Part shown: positions 20,392 through 29,543 of the stretch, in pieces
Position numbering within the stretch: position 1 is the stretch's first letter
How the letters are laid out: the number at the start of each line of letters is the position of its first letter
Source of the DNA: Litorimonas sp.
Lineage (GTDB): Bacteria > Pseudomonadota > Alphaproteobacteria > Caulobacterales > Maricaulaceae
NCBI GenBank assembly: GCA_965205225.1
Contig: CBDBFZ010000001.1
Span: forward strand, 24,906 to 88,905
Direction: 5' to 3'
DNA length: 64,000 bases
Notes under the pieces: model-generated
Seen by the model: only the letters and a program-made list of their open reading frames with translations
Databases searched by the model: none
Told to the model about the DNA's origin: nothing
Made by a program: the position numbers and the translations under genes

Positions 20392-21427
20392 GGGTTTTCG
20401 ACTTCCCGCTTGAGCGGATCGATGGCTGGAATTGGCATATCTGGAGCACTGGGATCGACAGGTTTGTCTCGTTCGGAGAGAGGTTGTGTCGTTGGAGAGT
20501 GCTCTGGGAGAACAGGCGGCGCATCGCAACCGAGAGGAAGTCTGCCATCCGCGTATGCCGAATTCCAATGGGCCGCTCCGGACCGCACGTCATATCGGCA
20601 ATGGTCTGGTGCTCCATTTCCGCGTTCAGTTCAGCGCCAATAATCACCGTCATGGCGGTGAGCCAGAACCAGAGCAGCAGCACGATCACCGCGGAAATGC
20701 CACCATAGGTATTTTCATACTGACCGGAGCTGTGCACAAACGCCGAGAATCCCCAGCTCAGGAACAATCAGCTGATTGTCGTGAACAGCACGCCGGGCAC
20801 AACCCAGCGTTTGCGCGCGAGGCGTCGCAACGATCCGAAGCGGTACATAATAAACGCACCCAGTATGAACATCAGGATCAGCAGAAACTACGGTAAATTA
20901 CCCGACAGGACTGACGCTGTACGGTCCCAGTTGAAAAAAGCAAAGGCAGCTGGAATACCGATGATGACCATCAGCGAAATATACACGAAGGTGACCATAC
21001 CCAGTGTCATGAGGAAGGCGACAGCATAGAAACCCAGGATGCTACGCTTCTCATCCTCGCCGTAAGCGACATTCATGGCGCGCAGTACCGCCCGGATTCC
21101 GGCGCCTGCTGTGTAGAACGCAAAGAGTAGGGCGAAGATGATTCACATCGACAATTCTCTGTCAGACGCACTGACAACTTTGGCGATCTGGTCGGAAATG
21201 ATGACTCAGGCACTTTCCGGCATGAGCAGTAGCGGTCGTCGCAGGAAGTTCGCTAGGTCCTGAACGTCCGATATATCGGCGAAATAGCCATAGATGGACA
21301 GCGAGGCCGAGATGAGCGGGAAAACGACGGACAGCAGCGCAAAAAACGCCACGCCGCCCGCGACAACCAGAACATTATATTTGTTGGTCTGGACAAAACG
21401 CGCGCAACGATCTGCGATATTCAACAC
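20339..21427 (-). pseudogene. YihY/BrkB-family membrane protein gene inactivated by four in-frame stop codons
   Basis: The three track ORFs (21206..21427, 20888..21076, 20339..20767) all lie in one reading frame. Joined, they read ...VVAGGVAFFALLSVVFPLI...LMPESA*VIISDQIAKVVSASDRELSM*IIFALLFAFYTAGAGIRAVLRAMNVAYGEDEKRS...SGNLP*FLLILMFILGAFIMYRFG...LFTTIS*LFLSWGFSAFVHSSGQYENTYGGISAVIVLLLWFWLTAMTVIIGAELNAE.... The stops are at 21206-08 (TGA), 21143-45 (TGA), 20888-90 (TAG) and 20768-70 (TGA). Confidence 0.78.
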
Positions 21428-21502
21428 CGCGAAAATGAAGTGGACTCTGACTTACGCTGGACAAATTCGAAGGAAGCGATGTTCATTGGAATGCGGACGT
21501 TC

Positions 21503-22288
21503 TCAGGATTTCTTCGGAGGTTGCGGACGCTCAAAAATGAGTTCCGAATCCGATGACTGCTCAGCGGAAAATCTATATCCGTTTTCGCCAAAGTCTTTCA
21601 GATCTATGGCCGCATCGATCCGGTTCTGGATGACCCAGCGCGCGAACAGTCCACGGCCGAATTTAGTATAATATTGGATCGGGCGGGCATTGCCGTCTTT
21701 CTCTTCGAGGAATTTCACATTGATCACCGGGCGGTCGAGCGCCTTGGCATTGACCGCTTTGAAATATTCGTTGGAGGCGAGGTTCAAAACCGTCTGATCG
21801 TGATACCCGTTCATGTCGGCGCGAATCTGCTCGCCGAGCATCTTGCCCCAGAATTGGTAGAGGTTTGCGCCGCGGTCATTTTGCATCCGCGTGCCCATCT
21901 CCAGACGATAGGGCTGGATTTCATCCATCGGGCGCAGCAGGCCATAAAGGCCTGACAAGATCCGCAAATGATCCTGGGCATAATTGAGGTCACTATCCGA
22001 CAGGCTCTTGGCGTCCAGCCCCCAATAGACGTCACCATCAAAGGCTAAGCCCGCCGGTTTCATGCCGTCGGCTTTGCCGTTCAGATCGAACCGGTCGAAC
22101 CGATCGACATTCAGTTTGGCCAGATTATCAGATAGGTGCATCAGTCGTTTCAAATCGCCAAGTGTTTGCGACTTGGCGGTCTTGGCCAGGATCTTTGTCC
22201 CGTCCAGCATTCGCGGACGGGTCACAGGCACGTCGCCGTCATAAGCGTCCATGTTCAGTTTTTTGGCAGGGGAAAGAAGAGTTAGCAT
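21503..22288 (-). CDS. yaaA: Peroxide stress protein YaaA (DUF328)
   Basis: MLTLLSPAKKLNMD...GDVYWGLDA...HLRILSGLYGLLRP...YRLEMG.... The start is 21 codons inside the track ORF. Confidence 0.85.
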   Translation of the reverse strand: MLTLLSPAKKLNMDAYDGDVPVTRPRMLDGTKILAKTAKSQTLGDLKRLMHLSDNLAKLNVDRFDRFDLNGKADGMKPAGLAFDGDVYWGLDAKSLSDSDLNYAQDHLRILSGLYGLLRPMDEIQPYRLEMGTRMQNDRGANLYQFWGKMLGEQIRADMNGYHDQTVLNLASNEYFKAVNAKALDRPVINVKFLEEKDGNARPIQYYTKFGRGLFARWVIQNRIDAAIDLKDFGENGYRFSAEQSSDSELIFERPQPPKKS

Positions 22289-22415
22289 AGGTGCGGCCTC
22301 ATAACAGCGAGCCGGGATAGGCTGGTCCGCGTGGGTTGTGAAAAGGCACATATGTCTTCAACCGTGAGAATGCAAATATAGATTTTTAAAAACTTGTCTT
22401 CAAAAATTTGTTTTG

Positions 22416-22995
22416 TGGACATGCCGAGTTGATTGGATTTTTCTGAGGTATCGCAACAGGGTTTTGTCCATGTCTTCAAACCTGTGATTATAGCGCCATT
22501 CCGTTTCCTTCAGCTGTAGATGAAAGGTGTGTTTGGGACCGCCATTGACCTTGGCGCGCCTAACTTTGGCCACTCCCCAAAAGCCTTTAATGCTGTTAAT
22601 ATGGGCCGGGGATATGGGCCGGGGATATGGGCCGGGGATATGGGTTGGACCCTTGACGAACTCGTCCCTAGAATGATCGACCCGATAATGACCATAGCCT
22701 ATATCGACAAGTCCGTTGTAGCCGCGCCAGCCATCAGCCTTGATGATGGAAGACGGGTCGGTCCGCCTCGCAGGCCCGGTCGCTCCGCTCGCGCAGAGTG
22801 CGATAGATGCGGTTGAGGGTGTTGCGGTTAAGCCCGGAGAGTTGGGTCGTTTGCAGGGCGATCAGATCAGCGGCAAACTATCGAATAATCTCCCGACCCT
22901 TGCGGTCTGAAATGGGCGGCCCTTTTGAGTGACGATTTTTCATGGCCATAAAGTGACCGAGCTGCATATAGACCCCCGTCAACTGGGCATGACCT
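22416..22995 (-). mobile_element. IS1595-family element, copy A (internally deleted, diverged lineage)
   Basis: Terminal repeats ATGCCGAGTTGATTGG (22421-22436) and, reverse-complemented, ATGCCCAGTTGACGG (about 22976-22990). The minus-strand translation gives MKNRHSKGPPISDRKGREIIR*FAADLIALQTTQLSGLNRNTLNRIYRTLRER..., then jumps straight to ...DPSSIIKADGWRGYNGLVDIGYGHYRVDHSRDEF...KHTFHLQLKETEWRYNHRFED.... Relative to copy C about 190 bp are missing. I found no clean target duplication. Confidence 0.7.
22599..22644. repeat. 13-bp tandem repeat ATATGGGCCGGGG x3 plus a partial fourth unit, inside the copy-A transposase
   Basis: Units lie at 22599-22611, 22612-22624 and 22625-22637, followed by ATATGGGT. 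Compared with copy C, the extra 39 bp is in frame (GPTHIPGPYPRPISPAHINSIKG versus GPTHINGIEG). Confidence 0.9.
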
Positions 22996-23155
22996 CTCTT
23001 TTATTTTACATGAAGACGTAGAGATGTGAGATTGCAAATGGGGTATATAATGCCAAAGTACAAACCGATATCCAAATTTCTTCAATATGCCGAACGAAGC
23101 GATCTGACTTTGTCATTCGAATAAATTGAAAGAATTATTGAAGCTAAACTGCTGG

Positions 23156-23518
23156 CTAGCCGCCACAGGCCGCGGAGTTACCCGGACCATTTCCTGTAGT
23201 TTCGCATATGCTAGCTTCGCCGCCACAGGCAACGTCATTCCCCGGTCCATAACCTGTTGTTTGACATGCTGTTGCGGTTGAAAGACAAGCTGCCTTGTTT
23301 CCGGGGCCATACCCAGTAATTTCACACCCCGCTGCGACAGGAAAACAAAATTCTCCACCTAATGCAGGGTCGTATGCCGGAATACAGGTTACATTTTTTT
23401 CAAATGTGTTGTCGGTTTCGGGAAATGGTGCCGCAGAAGTCTGTGCACCCGCGAAACTTCCAGAGACTATTAGAAATAGAATTGAGCAAATAAAAGCGAC
23501 AAAATTTTTATGACGCAT
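23156..23518 (-). CDS. Small secreted Cys-rich protein with three 20-aa repeats C-x-(I/T)-T-G-x-G-P-G-N-x-x-A-C
   Basis: The internal Met gives MRHKNFVAFICSILFLIVSGSFAGAQT (signal peptide). The mature part ends ...CEITGYGPGNKAACLSTATACQTTGYGPGNDVACGGEASICETTGNGPGNSAACGG. No recognised family. Confidence 0.5.
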   Translation of the reverse strand: MRHKNFVAFICSILFLIVSGSFAGAQTSAAPFPETDNTFEKNVTCIPAYDPALGGEFCFPVAAGCEITGYGPGNKAACLSTATACQTTGYGPGNDVACGGEASICETTGNGPGNSAACGG

Positions 23519-23777
23519 TTCTGTCCAGCCCGCTTTAGATTTGATGGCAATTCTGTGAGGATCACTGAACCAATCGGGACTGATCATACACAAGGAGACA
23601 AACCAATACAATACATATATCTTTACACCCGACTGAGTCTAAAGCAAATCCTTCGCAGGCTTTCCCAGTGCTTTCGTTATCGCCGCGCTCAATCATTTGG
23701 GGCTGTCCTGGATAACTAACCCATATTTTGTTTAATTCATTGTTTTAACTGTTGTAATTGGCTGAGCGGGTCAAGGT

Positions 23778-25112
23778 GGAGGTCTCTAAGAACCATGCAT
23801 TTTGTTGTGTGATCTGATTCGCTGGTTTGGGGAGGATTTTATGATGCACGCGCCTGGATTGTTTGACTTGTCGGATCATCTTGCTCGCTTATCGGCGACA
23901 GGTGATCCGCTTGAAGCGCTGGAGCGTCATGTGGACTTTGAGGCTTTCCGAACTGTTCTGATGGAAGCCCTCGGTTATGGGGTTCGCGCCAAGGGCGGTC
24001 GGCCACCCTATGATCCGGTCACGATGTTCAAGGTGCTTGTTCTGGCGTCGATGCACAATCTGAGTGATGAACGGATGGAATTTCTGATCCGGGATCGTTT
24101 AAGTTGGCTGCGGTTTCTGAGGTTTCAGATCGGTGAACCGACCCCGGACCAAAAGACGATTTGGCTGTTCCGTGAAAAGCTGACCCAGGAAAAGCTGACC
24201 CAGTCTGGTGCTTTCAAATCTCTGTTTGCCGCTTTTGAAGAGCAACTCTGCAAGCGCGGCTATAAACCCACGGGAGGTCAGATCGTGGATGCCACTTTGG
24301 TGTCAGCGCCGCGCCAACGGATGAGGAAAGAAGAGAAAGAGCGGGCCAGGGCGGGTGAAAGCGCGTCCGCTATCTGGCGCGGGCGATCCTGCCAGGGCCG
24401 CACAGAAAGACACCGACGCACGAGCGGTGGTCAGCTATTCCAAGGCACGAAAGACCGCAGAAGGGGAACAGGGCGCAGGCCTTGTCGACATTTCCATCCC
24501 TCACTTTGGGTACAAGAACCATATCAGTATTGACCGGAAATGGCGCTTTGTCCGGGGAGAGACCTGTACCCATGCGGCCCGCTATGATGGGCACGAGCTG
24601 GCATCGGTTCTGGATGCCACCAACAGCTCAAAGTCTGTTTGGGCGGATACAGCTTATCGCTCAGCCAGAAACGAAGCCTGGCTGAAAGCGCAGGGCTATC
24701 GTTCAAACATCCATCGAAAGAAGCCCCGCGGTAAACCGATGGCAAAGCACATTCGGCGCGGCAATGCGACCCGCTCCTCCATCCGTGCCTGTGTTGAACA
24801 CGTCTTCGGATATGAGAAAGGGCCGATGGCGATCACGATCCGCTCAATCGGCCAGGCGCTCAATCGGCCAGGGCCGCTGGCCGGATCACCATGGTCAGCC
24901 TAAGCAACAACTTCCGCCGCCTCGTTTTCCATGAGAGACGACAGCCCATAGCCTGATTCTGTTCAAAATCCGGATCCCCCGCTTATGCAGGCCTAAATCA
25001 TGCCAAAATACGCCTGTGGACACGCATTCGTCACTCTATGAAGCCTAACCTGAGAGCCGACTATAAAATTCGCCTCTATACTGGCCCCCAAACCCCGTTC
25101 GTCGAGGTGTCC
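23778..25112 (+). mobile_element. IS5-family (IS5-group) element with a decayed transposase; boundaries tentative
   Basis: Weak terminal inverted repeat GGAGGTCTCTAAGAACC (23778-) versus reverse-complemented GGACACCTCGACGAACG (-25112). The transposase gene lies inside. No matching target duplication was found. Confidence 0.5.
23841..24903 (+). pseudogene. IS5-group DDE transposase, frameshifted
   Basis: MMHAPGLFDLSDHLARLSATGDPLEALERHVDFEAFR...GGRPPYDPVTMFKVLVL...GQIVDATLVSAPRQR.... It then shifts frame near 24385 to ...AAQKDTDAR...GYKNHISIDRKW...VWADTAYRS...RACVEHVFGYEKG.... It contains a 15-bp tandem duplication (24174-24203, EKLTQEKLTQ) and a 16-bp one (24841-24872). The canonical C-terminus ...ITMVSLSNNFRRLVFHERR lies in yet another frame. 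Confidence 0.78.
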
Positions 25113-25327
25113 ATATGTGTAATTCAGTAGCTTGCACGGTCAAAAATACGTGTTGCGGTTGGATTCATAAAGAAAAGACTCATTTTCCCTGTAAGTTTCC
25201 TGTAAAGTAGGGAAATCAGCCGTGAGACGAGCTAGCGCCAAACTGCCTCCACTACCACGCACTCAGCGTTTACTGCCGCCCTAGAGAGGGTTCAGTATCT
25301 TAGGTAGGTTCTGACCTTAAAGAGAGG

Positions 25328-26546
25328 CTAAGAGAGACGGCAGCAGACCCCTCCAGCGAGCATCATATATTCGTCGCCAGATGCGGTAACGCCCAATTCG
25401 AAAAGGCTGGCGCGCCGGTAAATTTGTGGATCAGCTTGCCAATCCCTGTTCAGATCCAGCCAAGGATAGGATAGCCGGGAAGAGTGGAGAGAATTTCTGC
25501 GGTTCTGGCCGGACCAGTTCATGGATAATGTGATGCCTGCAAAAACTTCAGGCTGGTCCAGAGCACTATCTTTGAAGTCAAGGCCGTAGCCGGGCTCGTT
25601 CCAGGGAGTCTGCCCCTGCACACGCGACGCTGTTTGGGCCATTTGTGCAGGCATCGGCTTCTTCTTGGGCAGCAAAATCAGGATTGTAGATATTATAAGC
25701 TGAATTGCCTCTGCCATAATCGCGAAGGACGCCTGAGGCTAAATTTTGCGAAGAATACTGAGTGGCCAGCTGTTCAGACATATTATTGGCCCACTCATCA
25801 GGCGCGTTTGCATAGGCCGTTGCCTCAATCTGAGACATGCCAATTGATAGACCATGGGCCAAACGTTGTTGATATTCTTGCTGCTCACGAATGCGGGTTT
25901 GCGCAGCCTGCTGCTGTGCAATCAGGTTATTCAGCGGGCCGTGTATTCCGTAAAGGGAGCTAAGCGCACTAGCATATTGCAATTGCTGCTGCGTTACGAC
26001 CCCAGACTGACCCGCTGGGACGTTTGCGGGCAGGTTCTGACCGTGTAGGACTGTCGGCGCTGTACGGGCCGCCTGTGGCCCTGCGCCAATCATTCCCATG
26101 AACAATTGTTGCTGGTGTGCGCGCTGGTTTTGCGCATTCGCAGCGTTCAACATGGCTTGATTTTGCGCCTGCGCGGCGGCGAAGTTACCGCTTCCGAATG
26201 ATCCGTCGGCATCCATCAACAATCCGCCAAGCGCTCCCAAACGGTCTTTTGTTGACAATTTGGCTGGCTGTGGCGCTGACAGGTAGGGCAAGGCCGGTTG
26301 CGGCACAGGCTGCTGACTCTGCTGACCCTGCTGCGACATTGCGGCCATATGTTGCGCCGCCGCTAAGGCAGGTTCTCCACTTTGCGGCGAAGGCGCTAAG
26401 GCGGGCGCTGGCGCACTTTGGGCCGTACCGCCCATATGAGTCTGAGCCTGCTGTTGAGTCTGAGTTTGCTGTGCTCTTGCGGGGGCACTTGCATACAATA
26501 ACAGCGCAGCCAAAAAAGCCGCTATCCCCAGTTTCACCATGCTCAT
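25328..26546 (-). pseudogene. Secreted Gln-rich low-complexity protein, probably frameshifted near 25650
   Basis: GGAGG lies 5 nt upstream of the ATG at 26546. The product starts MSMVKLGIAAFLAALLLYASAPARAQQTQTQQQAQ... The ORF ends at 25578, but an overlapping frame (25328..25717) continues with protein-like sequence ...WNEPGYGLDFKDSALDQPEVF.... Confidence 0.45.
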
Positions 26547-26583
26547 ATCAGCCTCCATCACAAATCTATTCCTGCAATTATAA

Positions 26584-26835
26584 CAAAAACTGGCGCGTGG
26601 CAACATTCTGCGCGGCCTCGGTGAACGCTGTGCACCCAACACGGTTGCGAAGCTCATGCAAAGCGAAGGATTACGGGCGCAAATCGGCTATAAACGCCGT
26701 CCCGGCAAGTATGGCACTCAACCTGCTGTCGTGGCAGCTAATCAGTTGCAGCAGGACTTCAACATCAACGCGCCTGACACTGTTTGGGTGACCGACATCC
26801 CCTATATCCGCACGCATGAAGGTTGGCTGGTGACA
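26584..26835 (+). mobile_element. IS3-family orfB internal fragment
   Basis: ...NILRGLGERCAPNTVAKLMQSEGLRAQIGYKRRPGKY...NQLQQDFNINAPDTVWVTDIPYIRTHEGWL matches the conserved N-terminal part of IS3-group OrfB. It breaks off abruptly at about 26835. Confidence 0.6.
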
Positions 26836-28040
26836 CGGCCCGTCAAGCTAATAGTGCCGAGGTCAAAGATCTGCGCTCGGAGGCCCGTGAACTGAAGGAG
26901 TGCGTCGCGGAACTTACCCTAGAAAACCGCTTGCTCACGTAAGCACCCTTGGGGTGAAAAAAGCATGCTCGGGGATGGAGCGACGACGCATGAGATATCC
27001 TACATCCGAGAAGCTGAAGATCATCAAACTGGTCGAAGGCTCATATCTCCCCGCTAAGCAAACACTGGACAAGCTGGGTGTACCGAGGCGAACCTTCTAT
27101 CGGTGGTATGATCCTTATCTCACTGATGGTGAGGATGGCCTCGTTGATCGGGCTTCACATCCGGGCCGGGTCTGGAACAAGATAGCTGAGACGGTTCGCT
27201 CAGATCTTCTTGACCTTGCCCTTGAATGCCCTGAGCTGTCCCCACGTGAGTTGGCGGTCCGGTTCACAGATACGCAGGGCTACTTTGTCTCTGAGAGCTC
27301 AGTGTACCGGCTTTTAAAGGCGCATGACCTCATCACCAGCCCAGCCTTTATCGTCATGAAGACGGCCAGTGAGTTCAGGGATAAAACGACGGCTCCGAAC
27401 CAGATGTGGCAGACCGACTTCACTTACTTCAAGATCATCGGCTGGGGCCGGATGTATCTGTCGACAATCCTCGACGACTTCTCCCGCTACATCATCAGCG
27501 CAGCCCCATGAAGACCTCGTATGTGACAGAGACGCTGAACATGGCACTCCAAGCTTCCGGCTGTGATCAAGCCCATGTCGTGCACAAGCCGCGACTGCTC
27601 TCAGACAATGGGAGCTCTTATATCTCTGAAGGACTGGCAGATTACATCAAGGATCAAGGGATGAACCACGTCAGAGGCACGCCATATCACCCTCAAACCC
27701 AAGGCAAGATCGAGAGATGGCACCAGACCTTGAAGAACCGCATTCTGCTGGAGAACGACTTCTTACCGGGAGATCTGGAGTAGCAGATCGGGCGCTTCGT
27801 CGATCATTATAATCACGAACGCTACCATGAGAGCCTGAACAATGTGACGCCAGCTGACGTCTACTGCGGTCAGGCTCAAACCATCATCAACAGACGAGAA
27901 AGGATCAAACGAAAGACTATATAGCAGCGACGCTTGCAAATACCGCAAAGTCGTCGCTTAATATCAACAAAACCGATGAGCAAAGGATCCCTTAGCCTGG
28001 CCCATAATCTGTGCCACTTAATATGACGACGGACAATGTC
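26836..28040 (+). mobile_element. 5'-truncated rve-type (IS3/IS481-like) element with a decayed transposase; right boundary tentative
   Basis: The orfA tail reads ...AEVKDLRSEARELKECVAELTLENRLL. orfB starts at 26990: MRYPTSEKLKIIKLVEGSYLPAKQTLDKLGVPRRTFYRWYD...MWQTDFTYFKIIGWGRMYLSTILDDFSRYII. A frameshift follows (about 10 nt missing near 27500). It continues ...LLSDNGSSYIS...GTPYHPQTQGKIERWHQTLKNRILLEN...GDLE, then an in-frame TAG (27781-83), then ...FVDHYNHERYHESLNNVTPADVY.... Confidence 0.62.
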
Positions 28041-28196
28041 ATACTCCGCCGTATAGTTTCATTCTCGCGTAAGACCACTCAAATTGTATTCAATGTTAAG
28101 CATTGACCACATCACGGTATTTCAAACCCTGAACCCACACTCACTTGAAACGTTGCGCTGGCCCCGCTAGATGGTCGCTTACGTCCCCTGACTGCT

Positions 28197-29042
28197 GTGC
28201 CCCAACGGACCGGCTCGCGGACGCAAGCGACGAGTTCTTCCTTGGACGTCTTTCGCATCGCCACCCCTGATGACGCTGGCGCCATAGCGCGCTTCACCAG
28301 CGCCGCCGAGGCCGGTCTGACCACCGTGCCGCGGAGCCGTGCGCGTGTGGATGCCTATATTGATGCCACCCACCGATATCTGGGTGCTGACTCAAACGCG
28401 AACCGGCTGCTTTTCGTGGCCGAATGCGATGGCAAGGTTATGGGGATTTCCGGGATCATCCCGAAACTGGGTGTGGATCGACCGTTCTATTCCTTCAAAC
28501 GCTCGCGTCACGCCCGGCAATCATCTCAAGTGGATCTGCGAACTGAATATGAGACATTGCAGCTCACCACCGACTTCGATGGCTATACGGAACTCGCTTC
28601 TATCTTTCTGGCGCCGGAAGCACGGGGTCGAGGCATTGCGCGGCTGCTTTCGCTGGGGCGGCTCTGCTTCATCGAAGCGCACAGGGATATGTTCGACCAC
28701 CGCTTGATGGCCGATATTCGCGGCTGGGTGGATGAGACTGGCGTGAGCCCGTTCTGGGAGCATCTCACATCCAAGTTCATTGATACGGATTTCGAAATCG
28801 CCGACCGTCTGTCGGCGTCGGATGGGCGTTTCATCATGGAACTCCTGCCGAGTCTGCCGATACTGATGAACTTGCTGCCAGACGCGGCGCGAATCTGTGC
28901 CGGGCGACCCCACGCCATATCACGTTTAACCGCCGCGCGAAGTGATGAGGCCGATCCAAATGGTGTCACAGGTATTTCCTTGATAAGTGATTTCGTGAAA
29001 TCCGGTTTACCCGAAAATGCGGCAGACCCGGCAATTTCATAA
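28197..29042 (+). pseudogene. astA: Arginine N-succinyltransferase (AstA)-like gene, C-terminally truncated
   Basis: ...GLTTVPRSRARVDAYI...LLFVAECDGKVMGISGIIPKLGVDRPFYSFK...YTELASIFLAPEARGRGIARLLSLGRLCFIEAHRDMF...MADIRGWVDETGVSPFWEHL...FIMELLPSLPILMNLLPDAA... follows the AstA pattern. The ORF ends about 60 aa short of family length, 20 bp before the IS1595-B target site. The likely start is TTG 28242. Confidence 0.55.
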
Positions 29043-29069
29043 AGGGCATATGACTTCATAATTGCAGAT

Positions 29070-29543
29070 GGGTCATGCCTAGTTGATTGGCTCCGCAGTA
29101 GGATCTAAGTCACTGTATGCTATGAAAATCATCACTCAAAAGGTTCGCATCTGTCCGAGCGCAAAATTCGGGAGGTCGTTCGCTGCTTTGCCGCTAATCT
29201 GACAACCCTGCAAACAGCCCAACTGACAGGGCTTAACCGTAACACCATCAACCGGATCTACCGCGCTCTTCGCGAACGCATCCATTGGGCCTGCGAGGCG
29301 GACAAACCCTTCTTCGGCGTGGTCGATGTTGATGAAAGCTATTTCGGCGCAACCCGCGTCAACGGCATCGAAGGCTTCTGGGGGCTGGCCAAGGTGCGTC
29401 TAGCGAAGTTTAAGGGCGTTCCAAAACACACCTTTCATCTACACCTGAAGGAAACGGAATGGAGATATAATCACAGGCTTGAAGACAAGTACAAAACCCT
29501 GTTAAGATACTTCAGAGAAAATCCAATCAACTGGGCAAGACCC
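29070..29543 (+). mobile_element. IS1595-family element, copy B: internally deleted 474-bp derivative with intact ends
   Basis: The ends GGGTCATGCCTAGTTGATTGG...CCAATCAACTGGGCAAGACCC match copy C. A perfect 8-bp target duplication TTGCAGAT flanks it (29062-29069 and 29544-29551). The coding region jumps from ...DESYFGATRVN to GIEGFWGLAKVRLAKFKGVPKHTFHLHLKETEWRYNHR. It is 257 bp shorter than copy C. Confidence 0.85.

Noticed and set aside
20768-21208. TGA/TAG recoding (selenocysteine, or UGA read as Trp) in the YihY-like gene
   Set aside because: Both TGA and TAG interrupt the frame. Housekeeping genes in the window (mltG, pdxA) and the transposases terminate at TGA. I see no conserved hairpin after the stops. 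A pseudogene is the simpler reading.
22599-22644. Possible CRISPR-like or regulatory repeat
   Set aside because: The units are contiguous 13-mers with no spacers and lie inside a transposase reading frame. This is a microsatellite, not a CRISPR array.
28583-29059. 158-aa minus-strand ORF
   Set aside because: It is antisense to the AstA-like frame, which carries the family sequence pattern. It becomes contiguous with the lipoprotein ORF only if the IS is removed, which I interpret as coincidental read-through.
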